A stretch of 64,000 nt of DNA from the human T2T-CHM13v2.0 reference genome, Homo sapiens. Made by a program: the position numbers and the translations under genes. Positions 45,056-58,398 of this stretch are shown piece after piece (the stretch's first letter is position 1; each line of letters opens with the position of its first letter). The notes below the pieces were generated by a model. The model had not been told where the DNA came from, searched no databases, and was given only the letters and a program-made list of their open reading frames with translations. The DNA lies in NCBI RefSeq assembly GCF_009914755.1, contig NC_060927.1. The stretch is one strand, 5' to 3'.

Positions 45056-47699
45056 TGACTGTTCCTTGAACTCCTTGAGATAGGTATTTACTGTGCTTGT
45101 GACATGCAAACTGCAAATGATTCTTGCCTCATAATGGATAGGCCTGTAACCCAGCCAGCCCTCTAGGCAAGCAAATGTTATTTCCTAGTTTTAAGTGTGA
45201 GCTTAATATGTGAATTAATTTCACATCTTCATCCTCTTCCTAAATCTGTCTTTGTTTTGTCTGATGAATAACTGAAGTAATGGATTTGGTCACACCACTA
45301 GCTGGGTAGCCACCTGAGGCTGGAGTTCTGATATGTGGGTCTTGCCTGCTTTCTCTGCACTGTGGCTTTGCACGTCGGGTGCTGAAGCTGGGGAGCTGGA
45401 ATCAGCTGGTGTGTTCTCTGTAGAACTGAGAGGACTAGCACCCTGGGGTGGAAGCAGCCCTGCCTTCTGAACCACAGACTTGCTTGTGTTTGATCTTATG
45501 CTGTTTTCTTACTATTTCTGATAAGAATGTGAACTCCTTGTGAGCAGGGACCCAGTGTCCCATTTCTCTTAAATCCTCTACAGCTGCTGGCATGGGATGT
45601 TTGGTAAATAATAGACCATTTAATGAAGCATCACTCTGTCTGTACCAGGCACCTTGAAGTTGCTTTGATTGCTTTGCCTGTTTTCCTAATAGGTGTCCGG
45701 TGGTCTCTCTTTCCAATGCAGGAACAGAGTGCTGGAGGTAGAGACTGTGATTGCTTAATGAAGATATCAGAACTTGCACAACCCACACATAGGGCTCCCA
45801 TCAAAGCAGTAGTTCTAGGGCTGCAACCTCTTCCCAAAGATGTTGCAACACTTGTCTTCAGAGCCAGTTTCTGCTTTTCATTTTCCTTTGCTTCTGGCTA
45901 AAAATGGGATCCTGTTGTCACTGACCTTACTCCCCGTCTTTTCTTTAAGAAACTCTTGAGTATTTGTAAGAAAATCAAATCTATCTTCAAATAACCAAGT
46001 TTTCTTATCTTTGAGAATCTTGAGTGCAATGTGTCATGGGCTCTGAAGGTCTTACGTTGAGGAATGGCAATATTATCAGAATTACGTGTCCAGCTTCCCA
46101 AGCTTACTACTTTGAAGGAACACATATTTACACAATTCTGATGTGTTTATTAAACAAACAGCTTTACCACTTCGCAGTCACGCTTCTCTAAGTCTGCAGT
46201 CTCGTCTGGCCTGACTTTCTCCTTGTGCCAAGAATTCCTTCACCTTTTCTCTTTAGCCTTTGGCCCCAGGAAAATGGGAAAGTAAGATATTTTACTCCTG
46301 GCCAATGCCTGATTTTTAGAAGCCTTCCTCACTCCCTGGCAAGGCACATTTTCCTGTTACCTCAGAGTAAAGAGACTCGGTTCTGGGGTTCTGCATAGTG
46401 ATGCTACATGCCTGACCCTTGCTAGGGTTTGAGGGTCCTTGGGAACTGATGCAATCGTAGAAGTCACAGCTGTCATTCAGGTTATTTACAGAAGTAGACA
46501 GAATTGCTTCACTTGCCAGCAGGGCGTCTTGAGCTTGACTCAGAAGGATATGTAAGTTTCTGCTTTTTTTTTCTTGCCTGTTTCAAAAACGCATTTTTGA
46601 TACCAGGAAAGTTAGACAATTTAATCTTATCTGTAGCAGAGGGAGCTTCATCCTTGCTGTGTGAAGCTGTGCGAGACGACAAAGACTGTTGTAGAAAGAG
46701 GCCTCTTGCTTATAATTGAAGCATCTTTGACCTGAGTCAGTGTTCTGCAGCCAGGATCAGATAATCAGCACTGGTCACTGGCACCTGGCATTGGGACCTG
46801 GAGGCAAAGAATAACAGAATTAATTGGTTTCCAGTAAGTAGCAGGGATCATGGCATGTTCATACTTTTTAAAAGAAGCCTTATTGAGATTGAGATATAAT
46901 TCACACACCCTATACTTAACTAATTTAAATCATACAATTCAGTGTTTTTTACTATATTCACCGTTAAGCAACCATCATCAAAATCAACTTTAGAACATTT
47001 TCATCACCCAAAGAAACCCCATACCTATTAGCTGTCACCCCATTTTCCATTCTATTCCCCCTCCCTAGCCCCAGCCCTAGGCAATTGCTAATCTGCTTTC
47101 TGTCTGTGGATTTACCTATTCTGAATATTTCATATAAACGGGATCATACAATATGTGTCCTTTTTGCCTGGCTTAGCATAATGTTTTCAAGGTTGATTCA
47201 TACTATCGTGTGTATCACTACTTCATTCCTTTTTATGGTAGAATAATCGTCCACTAAAGGGACATACCACATTTATTTATCTCTTCATCAACTGATGAAC
47301 ATTTGAGTGTTTTCCCCTTTTTGGCTATTATGAATAATGTTGCTGTGAACATTCATGTGCAAGTATTTTGTGAACTTAAGTTTTCAATTCTCTTGGCTAT
47401 ATTCCTGGGAGTGGAATTGCTAGGTCATATGGTAACTTTCCCATTTTGAGGGACTGCCAAGCTGCTTGCCAAAGCAGCTGCGCCATTTTACATTACCACC
47501 AGCAACATGTGGAGGTTCCAATTTCTGTACGTCTTTGCTAACACTTGTTATTGTCTATCTTTTTAATTATAGCCATCATAGTGCATATGAAGTGGTATCT
47601 CATTGTAGTTTTGATTTGCATTTCTCTGATGACTAATAATAGTGAGCATCTTTTCATGTGCTTATTAGCCGTTTGTATCAAATCCTTTGCTCATTTTTA

Positions 47700-48030
<331 letters not shown>

Positions 48031-48090
48031 TTATAAGACTTCTTCATATATTCTGTATACCAGTTCCTTTTTGGATTTATGATTTGCAAA

Positions 48091-48093
48091 CTC

Positions 48094-48144
<51 letters not shown>

Positions 48145-48310
48145 TTCTTTTCTTTTCTTTTCTTTTTCTTTCTTTTCTTTCTTTCTCCTTTCCTTTCCTC
48201 CTGTCCTTTCCTCTCTCCCTTTCTCTTTCTTTTCCTTTTCTTTCTTTCTTCTTTTTTTCTTTCTTTCCTTTTTTCCTCTCTCTCTTTCCCTATTTCTTTC
48301 TCTTTTCTTC
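48091..48310 (+). repeat. (TTTC)n / CT-rich polypyrimidine tract, ~220 nt
   Basis: Perfect TTTC array followed by a degenerate C/T tract; occupies the tail position of the adjacent antisense Alu. Confidence 0.95.
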
Positions 48311-48590
48311 AGGCTTTTGCCCTGCTGGCCATACTGGAGTACAGTGGTATCATCATAGCTCACTGCAACTTTGAACTCCTGGGCTCAAGCAATCCTCCTG
48401 CCTCAGCTTCCTGAGTAGCTAGGATTACAGGTGTGTGCCACCCAACCTGTGCTAATTTTTAAAAATTTTTGTAGAGATGGGGGTCCTGCTACGTTGCCCA
48501 AACTGGTCTTGAAATCCTGGCCTCAAGCGATTCCCTGCCTCAGCTTCCTAAAGCATTGGTGTTCCAGGCATGAGCTACTCACTGCTGGCC
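48311..48590 (-). mobile_element. AluJ-like
   Basis: ctggagtacagtggtatcatcatagctcactgcaac...ctcctgggctcaagcaatcctcctgcctcagc. Confidence 0.9.
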
Positions 48591-48984
48591 TCTTCAATTT
48601 CTTGATGGTATCCTTCAAGCACAAAAGTTTTTACTTTTGATGACGCGTAATATACATTGTTAGAAGGCCATAGCTGGATTGAGTCTTCAAGGTTGCCTGT
48701 TCCAACTCCCTTGTCGGAGTAACGGGAGGCACTGTGATCAGAGAGGAGGGGCCTTTCTGAGGGTCACAGACCCACAAAACCAGGACTGGAGTATAAGTCT
48801 CTGGACTTTCACCTTGGGACATTCTCAGTTTCCACCCCACTGTTTCTGAGGGTCGAAAGGTTTGGGTGTATATGTAGGGAAAGATAATTGGTAGGCTCTG
48901 AAGCACACAGTTCATTTGTTTTTCAATAAGGAAGAGTCATGTTAGAAATTTTGTCCTTTCTTCCAGAAGGTACACTATATAGCC

Positions 48985-49490
48985 TGGAGCCACACTGTCC
49001 AAAATGGTAGTCACTGGCCACATGTCATTATAAGAACTTAAACTAATTAAAATTAAATGAAATTTAAGATTCTCAGTCATAAAGCTGTATTTTGGCTAAG
49101 CATTGTGACTTATGCCCATAATCCCAGTATTTTGAGAGGCTGAGGCAGGATTGCTTGAGGCCATGAGTTGGAGAACAGCCTGGAAAACATAGTGAGACCC
49201 CATCTCTACCAAAAAAAAAAAAAAAAGAAATTAGCCAGGCATGGTGGTGTGTGCTTGTAGTCCTAGCTAGCTACCCAGGAGGCTGAGGTAGGAGGATTGC
49301 TTCAGCCCAGGAGTTCAAAGTTGCAGTGATTTGTGATCATGCCACTGCACTCTAGCCTGAGTGACAGAGCGAGAAGCTGGGGGAAAAAAAACCACATTTC
49401 CATTGTTCCTTATTTATATATGGCCACCGTATTAGACGACATACGGGTTGTTTCCATGATTGCAGCCAGTCCTGTTGGGCAGCACTGGCT
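48985..49490. mobile_element. MER3/MER33-like MITE split by an AluJ (49094-49390, +)
   Basis: cactgtccaaaatggtagtcactggccacatgt...taattaaaattaaat; resumes ccacatttc...ggccaccgtattagac...gggcagcactg. Confidence 0.7.
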
Positions 49491-49889
49491 ATACCCACTG
49501 GCATTCTGTCCACTCCTGACCCAGTGGTGCCCTAGACACCCAGCTGTGATCTGTCTTCTGTGGGTCCCTCATCTACCTGCTGCTCAGGCTTCTTCTTTAT
49601 GTAGTTGCCTCTGGGCTTCCTAGCAAGCCCCCTACCCAGACTAGATGGTCTGTGGGCCCTGCAGGCAGAGACACTTCTTCTGCATAGTTTTTGGATGTGG
49701 TTGCCAGTATAAAGGCTAGTGCCTTTCCTCACCTCAGCCAATAGGTGTGACTTGCAGAAATAGAGCTGAAAGATGCTTGCAAGAAGTGTGTTCTTTCTTG
49801 GAGAGGTTAGCTCCTAAAAGTGAATGCTGAATGAGTGGATGAATTGATCTACTCTTTGGACTAGGGGAAGATGTTGAAGAATTTTTTAT

Positions 49890-50300
49890 CGAAAATTTTA
49901 TTGATATGTAATAATTGTACATATGTATGGGGTACATGTGCTATTTTGATACATGCCTGTAAGGTGTAATGATCATAGTGGGTAATTAGGGTATCCGCCA
50001 CCTCAAACACTATTTCTTTGTGTTGGGAACATTTCAAATCTTCTATTTTGAAATATACAATAAATTATTAACTATTAGTCACCCTACTGTGCTATCAAAC
50101 ACTAGAGCTTATTTCTTCCATCTAACTGTGTGTTTGACCCATTAACCAACCTCTCTTCATCCCCCTCCAGCCCCTCTTCTCAGCCTCTGATAACTATTAT
50201 TCTACTCCCTGTCTCCATGAGATCAGCTTTTTTAGTTCCCACATAAGAGTGAGAACATGCGATATTTTTCTTTCTGTGCCTGGCTTATTTCACTTACCGT
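49890..50300 (-). mobile_element. L1MA-like 3' end
   Basis: aataattgtacatatgtatggggtacatgtg...cccacataagagtgagaacatgcgatattt...ctgtgcctggcttatttcactta. Confidence 0.85.
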
Positions 50301-53029
50301 GATGGAAGTTGGAGTACTCTCGAGTTTAGTTCTTTTGGCTGCATTGGTTGGTGGTGTTTTGGGTGGGTACTTCATTTTAGAGGCAGTCAGTTCCAAGAAT
50401 TTGCAAGATGCTGAGTGAAGTGGGGCAAGAGGCAGGAGTTGGAACACTGGGTGTTCTGAGACAGTGACATGAGGGAGATGGGTGTAGTCCTGCTGGGTGC
50501 CCTGTGTAGAGGTTTCCTTTATTTCAGGTTCCTGTAACCCTGAGGGCCATCTGAGCCATCAATCCAAGGTCAACAGGCTATGGAAAAAATCTCAAAACTG
50601 CTCTATGTAAAAGGATGTTTTACCCACATCTTAGTGATGGGAGATACTGTAGTTTGGACCAAGCTAGGATATTATAGACCAGAAATGAGTCTGGGGACTA
50701 TCTCAGACATGAGAAAGGATTGACCAAGAATCATAGCAAATTCACAGTGGCACAACTGAGACTGGCATCCAGGGCCTCTGGCGCTTCGCCATAGGCACAT
50801 TCCAAGTGCCATGGTGTATGTCTTCATTTACACAAGGACAGGTACTTCATACACACAAACAAGCAAAGCAACTTCTTGGAGACATTGCCCAGGCTTAGAT
50901 TTTAATTTATTTAACCCACGTTAGGCACTCAGTCCTGCCTTCAGGCCCCCCTTTGCCACTCTCATAATTAGAAGGTATTAAGAAACCTTTCAATTACGGC
51001 AAGATCACCAGGGTTCTCATTTCTTTTTCTTATCTCCAGCCTATCTCTAGAATCTATTTTTTGCAGGGAGGACTGTCCTTGACTTTAAAGAAAGCATTCA
51101 GAAACAAAGAGACTTGTTATTTTTGAGGTCAGCCTCCTCCACCAGACTCTGAGAGCCTTGAGGGCAAGGACAGTGTTGTCTCTTATCACTACTCAAGGAC
51201 TGGTGCAGAGTGTTCATTTGGTGAATATCTGTAAAATTCTCATTTTTAGGAGAACTCCCTTTTGCTGGGCTTCTCAGGTATGAGGTCCCTTTTCCATATG
51301 GTCCTGAAACTTTATCAATTCCAGTTTAGAAGTAGCGACCTGAGGAAATGGAATAATTCTTCTGTCCATGGTGAGGGGAGGATGGGGGGAAGGTGCTCAT
51401 TTTGCCTTTGAACTTGATAAGAGCAGAGAACAGTCAGGTTTGTGCTGAGAATGTAAGGGTTACTTTTTCCTGAATTGGGCAGTGGGTGGATGGAGCCCAA
51501 CAGGACATCCTGGGAAGGATTCCCAGAGCAGGGAGAGGGCAAGCACAGAATTGTGGAAGGAATTCCGTGCCATAAACACAGAATATCTTATTTAACAGTG
51601 GAACTTTTTTGCTGTCTTCTTTAGAGGTGGAAAACAGTTCTTTCCAAAGACAAGCTTAATGACTGCTGTGCCAACACACAAAACTACAAGATACATTTAA
51701 GCATCAGTTTAGCACCAGAAATGCAGTTTACAGAAGATTTGCATGAAAATCTTAAAAACAGGTTGAAAATGTCCTAGGCTCAGCTAGTGCACTTTTAAGT
51801 TAGTAGGAACAGGGCTCTAGGGATGAGATGATGGAGCAGGGATGTGACATAGGTCAGGGGTACATGTGTACCTGGCCTTTGAAGCCTCTTTTGGGGTTCA
51901 TTTTAATTAATTTCTTGTTCAGCTTTTACCATGGGCCTAAGTTTCTCTGGTTGGAGCAGAGTAAGTTTTCAGGCTGAATTTCTTGGATCATTGCCTTTGT
52001 TTTCTTTTTCACATAGCCTGTGGATGTCTGGCCTTTTCAGCCAAGGAAAGAAAATGGAAATGGTTTTAAACACTCACTCACTTGAGCCATGAATTTCAAC
52101 CATATATTAATTTTGCTTATTTTTGGATTTTCAAATCTTCTGAGAAGCAATGAAATGACACAGGGGCAGGCCACTAGGGTGCTTTGGAGGTTCTGCGTGG
52201 CCTGGAGCAGTGGGGAGAGGCTTGGGAGAGTGGAACTGTGCCCTCCCACTCGTGCTACCCACACAGCAGCCTCCTCCCTCACTCTCTCCTTCATGTATGT
52301 GTGTTTGAGGTTCTGCTTAGCACTTTATTTGGGGAAAATAAGTTTTCTGAAAACTTATTTTGTAGGCAATAGAGGAGAGATTGGTGTATGTCTTATCCTT
52401 ACTCGAGTTGGCAAGGACTCTGGGCCGAATATTTAGGGCTTGGCTCTTGCTCCCTCTACCTAGGTGGATTATGCAGTGAGATCTCACTTGCCTTTAACTC
52501 ATAGTTATTGCTTAGCTCTTAGGAGCAGTAGAAGTAAAAATCCTGGTATCGTAAATGAGCACAATCCCTGTAATAAGTGATTTCTGTGTATTATTGGTAG
52601 CTTGAAAAATATTAAGTGTTACCTCCATTTTTTAAATATGAAATAAAGGGCTAGATCAGGACATGAACTCATTCCTGTTGTCTTCCAGAGCTATTTTACT
52701 AAGGAGGAGATGACCCAGTGGTGAAGAGTAGGTAGCAGCATGTCAAACCTGGTAGCTTTGCAGTAGGGGAGGTGGGCAGTACAGTGGGAATAAGCTAGAA
52801 CTAATAATTCAGTGATCATATGGGGCCTTGCAGGTTTTTGTTATTTTCTGCTTGGGTGTAGGTTTTGCTTTGCAAAGTCTGAAGGTGACCTATATAATTC
52901 CCATATATTTGGAGCTCTCAGGATGTGCCAAGGATCAGCCCAATTCTCTGAACGTTAACTGAGGGAGTCAGGAGTCCTTCCTGACCTCAAGAAGCTCACA
53001 GTTCAGTTGGGGATAGATGGCCTTGAGCT

Positions 53030-53520
53030 TGTGTTTTAGAGCTCTGGTCCCAGGTAGTGAGCTCAAACCCAGCACAGACTAGATTAAGCCAAAGAGGAAT
53101 TTATTGGCTCACATTGCTGGCCAGTCCAGGGATAAACTGGAGTCAGCTCAGGCGCTCAAATGATGTCACCAGGATCTGGTTTCTCTCTCTCCAGCCTGGC
53201 TCCACTTCCTGTATGTTGATTCCATTCTCAAGAATTCTCAGACACGACCTCCCCTTGTAATTGCAGGATGGCTGCCAACAGTTTCTAGGCCTACGCCTTT
53301 CCACCTTCCAGCAAAAGAGAGTGTGAGAGTCTTTGTCCCAGTCCTTCCAGATGGAGTCTTGTTTCTTCCCATTGTCTCAGATTGGGTCACGCGCACATCC
53401 GGAACCAGTTGCAAGGCCAGGGACGTGTGCAGCACTGCTGACGTGGGGCCAGGTCATGTGCGTCACCCCTCGACCTGGGGAGGAGCCAACTCTACCCTAA
53501 GTTCCTGGGCTAAGAATGGA
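53030..53520. mobile_element. Ancient ERVL solo LTR (LTR33-like)
   Basis: ttaagccaaagaggaatttattggctcaca...ctcaaatgatgtcaccagga...gatggctgcc...gattgggtcac. Confidence 0.6.
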
Positions 53521-55279
53521 AAGAGAGTCAAGTATTGGTTATTGGGGAAAGGTAATGATGTAGGCTTGAACTCTGGCCTGACCCATTGTCAGGACAGCCT
53601 GAACTTGGGGCTGTATTCCCACCTGACATAGCCTTAAGTCAGAATTTATTCCAGTATGAGTACAGCATCTTGTTACCATGTGGTTTTAGCTGCACTGTGG
53701 ATTTAGACACCAAATCTTGTCTTCCCTGAGAACATTGTCCTTCCTAGAGGTGGGGTGGAAAACTTATTTCAGGTAAGCATTCGGACCTTGACCCTAACCT
53801 TAATGGTGATTACTGTTCGAGGTTTTTCAAACACATAGTGAATAAGGACAGCTGGTGCAATGGCACGCCCTCCAATTGGCTACGTTACACAGATAAACAT
53901 TCTTAATCTTTCTGAGGTTTTGTATAGAAGAGTGGAGAATTGTACCAACTTTTCTCCCCCCGGTTGTACATCTTCACTTTGTCACCAAGCCTGGATTCCT
54001 CATCTGTAAAATAGTATCCCCTCAGAGTTGCTATGAGAAATAAATGAAGTGATTTGAGTAAGGCATGGCACCTGGAACATAGTACATCGTGCATAAGAAG
54101 CAGCTATTGTTATTATCTCCTAATTTGTCAAATGAGCAGGGCGTATTGCCAGATAAGCTCTTTAAAGTTTTAATGTTCACATTCTATAAATCTAGGAAAA
54201 TCTTTCCTCCACTGCCCACCCACACTTGGATTTTGAGAACTGCATCTTCATTGAGGGTAACGTGTTAGAAAGCTCTCAAACATTATAGCCCTCACAGAAT
54301 GTATAGTACTTCATAATTCACCAAGTACTTTCGTGTCCATTCTCTCATTCAATCCTAGAACAATCTATGATGAAACAAAGCAGGTATCACAATTCCTGTT
54401 TTATAGATCAGAAAACTTAGGGCTTAGAGAGATCAAATGACTTACCCAAGGGCATAGTGGCTGGAAGGTTGCAGGGCAAGGCCTATTGCCAGAATCTTCT
54501 CAGATATCCCATGTCTGTTGGAGCATTCTTCTACTCCAGTGTGGATTTGCCTTTCTGATGGCTTTGACTGGAGAACTGTATTGGGTAGTTCATCAAAATA
54601 AGAAGCCTTGAGTTCATATAGTGAAAAATAAGATCACCTTTTCCCTTTGTTCATTGGCTTGATTTATTAGGATTGTATTCTCAAACCTTTCCTGCTATTA
54701 AAGGAAATGACCTTAGTTTGTGTTGCATGAAATAGCATTAAGTCAAGTTTACAACATTTCAAAGTTATGGTCAGTAGCATTCCAATTAGAACCTAAAAAG
54801 CTTACCTAGCTGAGGTTTAAGTCGTTGATCTTGGAAAAGGTAAAGACTTCTCAGGGAGGTTGGGCTGCTGTGTATGACAGCTAGACCCTCAGTTCTTGGT
54901 CTGTTAGCATGTGGCCCATTTCTTCCTATCCATGCCCCTCCATAAAGCTTTGTGCGCTGGTAGTATTTACAGTACTGGATGATAATTATGGCATTAATTA
55001 TTTGAGATAAATGGAGTGTGCCCAGTAGCCAATAGACTATTGTTAGAGTATTATTAGTATTTTTATAGGTCTTTTGGATAGCATTCTATTTCAAGACATT
55101 TGAAAATGTAGACCAGATTAGTCAAAAGCATTGTACATGATCTGTCCATGAGTGTAGGCTCTCATTAGAACTTCTGGAATCATTCTGAAATATACCCAGC
55201 TAGATAATACTAAGTCATACCAATTAAAAGGAAAGACTTGAGTTTGAGTTATAGAATGTTGGAGAGAAATCTAGTTTAT

Positions 55280-56770
55280 TACTTTTAATATTGAAGTCAA
55301 ATTTTGATTTTTCTTTTATGGTTAATATTACCTGGGTCCTAAGAAAGATTGCAAACATGTTTTCTTACCTTTTTTCTTGTAGAAGCTTTATATGATGTTA
55401 GCTTTTGCATTTAGGTCTGTGGTCCATTTCAAATTAATTTCTTTTCTATGGTATGAGGTTGGGGTTAAGAGGTTAATTCCAGCCACCTCCCTTGTGGGTA
55501 TCCAGTTGCTCCAGCAACATATGTTGAAAATGCTTTCCTGTCCTCATTTAATTGCTTTGGTACCTTTATTGAAAATCAATGGATCACATAAATTTGGTTC
55601 TGTTTCTAGGGTCTCTGTTCTGTTCCATTGACACATTTGTCTTTATGCTATCTCTGTACTGTTATTATTACTGATGCTTTGTTTTAAGTCTAAACATTGG
55701 ATTATATAAGTTCTTCCATTTTTGTTCTCCACCCCTCACTACAAGATTGTATTGGCTATTCTAGGTCCTTTGCATTTCTATCTAAATTTTAGAATTAACT
55801 TGTCAAGTTCTATAAAACAGCCCTCTGGGGTTTTGATTGAGATGACGTCGAATCTATAGGTCAATTTGGGGAGAAGGATAGCTTAAGAACATTGAGTCTT
55901 CTAATCACTGAGTGTGATGTATCTCTTTAGATCTTCTCTAATTTTTCTCAGCAATGTTATTAGTATAGAGGTCTTACATGTATTTTATTTATCCCTAATT
56001 TTTATATTATTTTTGATTTTATTGCACATAGAATTTTAAAAAGAATCTTCTAGTTGTTTATTACTAGTATATGGAAACATGCTTGATTTTTGTATATGTT
56101 GCCTTGTACATGCCACCTTGTCACATTTACTTATTACTTCCAGTAGTTTTTGAAGATTCTTTAGAATTTTCTATGAACACAATTATTTTGTGAATAAAGA
56201 TAGTTTTGTTTCTTCCATTCTAATACTTATTTATGTATATATGTATGTATGTATTTTTCTTGCCTTGTAACATTGGCTAAGACCTTCCATATGGTATAGA
56301 ATAGAAATGGTAAGAGTGTAGACATTCTTGCCTTCTTCTTGAACTCAGAAAGTGTTTATTCTTTCATCACTGAGTACAGTGTTAGTTGGAGGTTCTGCAT
56401 AGGTGTCCTTTATTGGTTGAGGAAGTTTCCTTCTGTTTCTATTTTCCTGAGAGTTTTTATTATGAAAGGATGTTGAATTTTGTCAAATGTCTTTTCTACA
56501 TGTATTGAGATAATCATATGGTTTTTCTCCTTTATTTTATTGTGGTAAATTCCATTGAATTTTGCATGTTAAACCAATTTTGCATTCCCAGGACGCACCT
56601 CACTTGGTCCTGATATATTATCCTTTTTATATATTGAGGGATTTGATTTTCTAGTATTTTAGCATAGGCTTTTTACATGTATGTTCTTGAGGGATATTGG
56701 GTCTGTACATTTTCTTTGTAATGTCCCTGTCTGGCTTTGGTGTCTGGGTTGTGCTGGACTCATAATGTGA
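55280..56770 (-). mobile_element. Old L1M ORF2 fragment
   Basis: tttaggtctgtggtccatttc...tatccagttgctccagcaacat...ttgaggaagtttccttct...tgttgaattttgtcaaatg. Confidence 0.82.
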
Positions 56771-58095
56771 GAAATAGTGTGGTACCAGTTGCTCTGTCAT
56801 GACCAGCAGCAGAAGTCTAGTTTTCTTTAAGTGTGTAGAGTGATGACTGTTAGGTAAAGAGTTAGAATTATTTTAATGATCAGCCAAGAGTCTCTGCTAA
56901 GTAACATGAGGTATCTGTGAAATGGCATACATAACTGTTGTGTATGAAGCAGTGCATCAGAGAGGCTGGGAAATACTTTAAGTGGGTTGAGCAACTCATA
57001 CCATTCCTTATGCTAAAATTGTACTTATATTTTATTAGCAAAATTTCTTTTATCACTGAGAGAATGAATTATCTATCTGATTGCCACTCATAATTTATGG
57101 AGTTATCAGTTAATAAGGTTTTATTGTATGTTAATATGAGACTCATTTTTTTCCTTTCTCTCCTCTTTGGGTTGTATTTCTTCCAAGTAAGAGCTTAAAT
57201 TCATGGGTCAGCTAGTACTGACCAGCATCTGTTGAGTTATTTTGCATAAATTTGGTTACCTGGCCTCAGATAAGAATGTTTTTTTAATCTGTATTGGTGG
57301 CATTGTTGGTTGCTGATACTGCTGTAGTTTGTTCTTGCAAGACTTCTGTTTAAAAGAAGGGTTATAAATTCAGTGTAACTCAGAGCAGAGGTAAAGTATA
57401 GAATGGAATTAGAAGAAAACGAAGCATCAATTTCAGTAAAGTAGAAATCGTTTATTAAATAAGCGGTGGGTGACAGGGAATTGGGAGTAACCATCCTGGT
57501 TCCCATAGTGATGGTGCATCCAGGAAAAATACAGGGAAAAAGGGAATCATTATGGAAGAGTTTTGGGTGTGTGTTGTCATGCTTTAGGAAACTTGCCAAT
57601 TTCTACACCTCTGTCTTCAGATTGTCGTGTTTAGACACACATCCCACACAAAGTGCTCAGCAGTACTTCTTGTGCTCGTCTTTATCCCCTGGAATCTAGA
57701 GGATGGCACCTCTGGGGGAGTTATTGTCTCACATGATTTAGAAAGACCTCCACTATTTTCTTTCCAAGAGTCGAAGGAAGGTGGGTGAGTTGGCCTGGCA
57801 CCTATAAGCAGGGACCTACAACACTGCTTGAAGCACCTGGTGACATCTGCTTGACAGGCTTCCCCTCCCCACTGTTGTCACCACTTCCATGGGTGGTGGG
57901 TGGTGTTGCACGGTGCCCATGGGGTGGTGTGCATGTTCTCCAATGCCACCTGCCCTGCCTCAGTGCTGCCTCCTGTAACAGTCTCATTTGTTTCGCTGGA
58001 GTATCCTTATCGAAAAGGTCTTGGGGACCATTTGCCTAAAATGTTCCCCAGCATGAAATGTCCCCCACACTTGCTCTGCACCCGTGCACATCCTC

Positions 58096-58398
58096 CTTTT
58101 CTTTTTTTTTTTCTGAGACAAGGTCTTGCTCTGTTGCCCAGGCTGGAGTGCAGTGGCACAATCAGTGCTCACTGCAGCCTTGACTCCTGGGCTCAAGCAA
58201 TCCTCCTACCTCAGCCTCCCGAGTAGCTGGGACTATAAGAGTCCCACCATGCCCAGCTAATTTTAATTTTTTTTTTTTTTTTTGTAGAGGTGAGGGTCTC
58301 AGTATGTTGCTTAGGCTGGTCTTGAACTCCTGGCCTCAAGCAGTCCTCTTGCCTCAGCCTCCCACTGGGATTATAGGCATGAGCCACTGTGCCCAGCC
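58096..58398 (-). mobile_element. AluJ-like
   Basis: Full antisense dimer. Confidence 0.92.

Noticed and set aside
58001-58010. GTATCCTTA U12-like donor in intron 3 (similar at ~48608)
   Set aside because: Isolated, with no associated exon, tandem copy or branch site; expected by chance.
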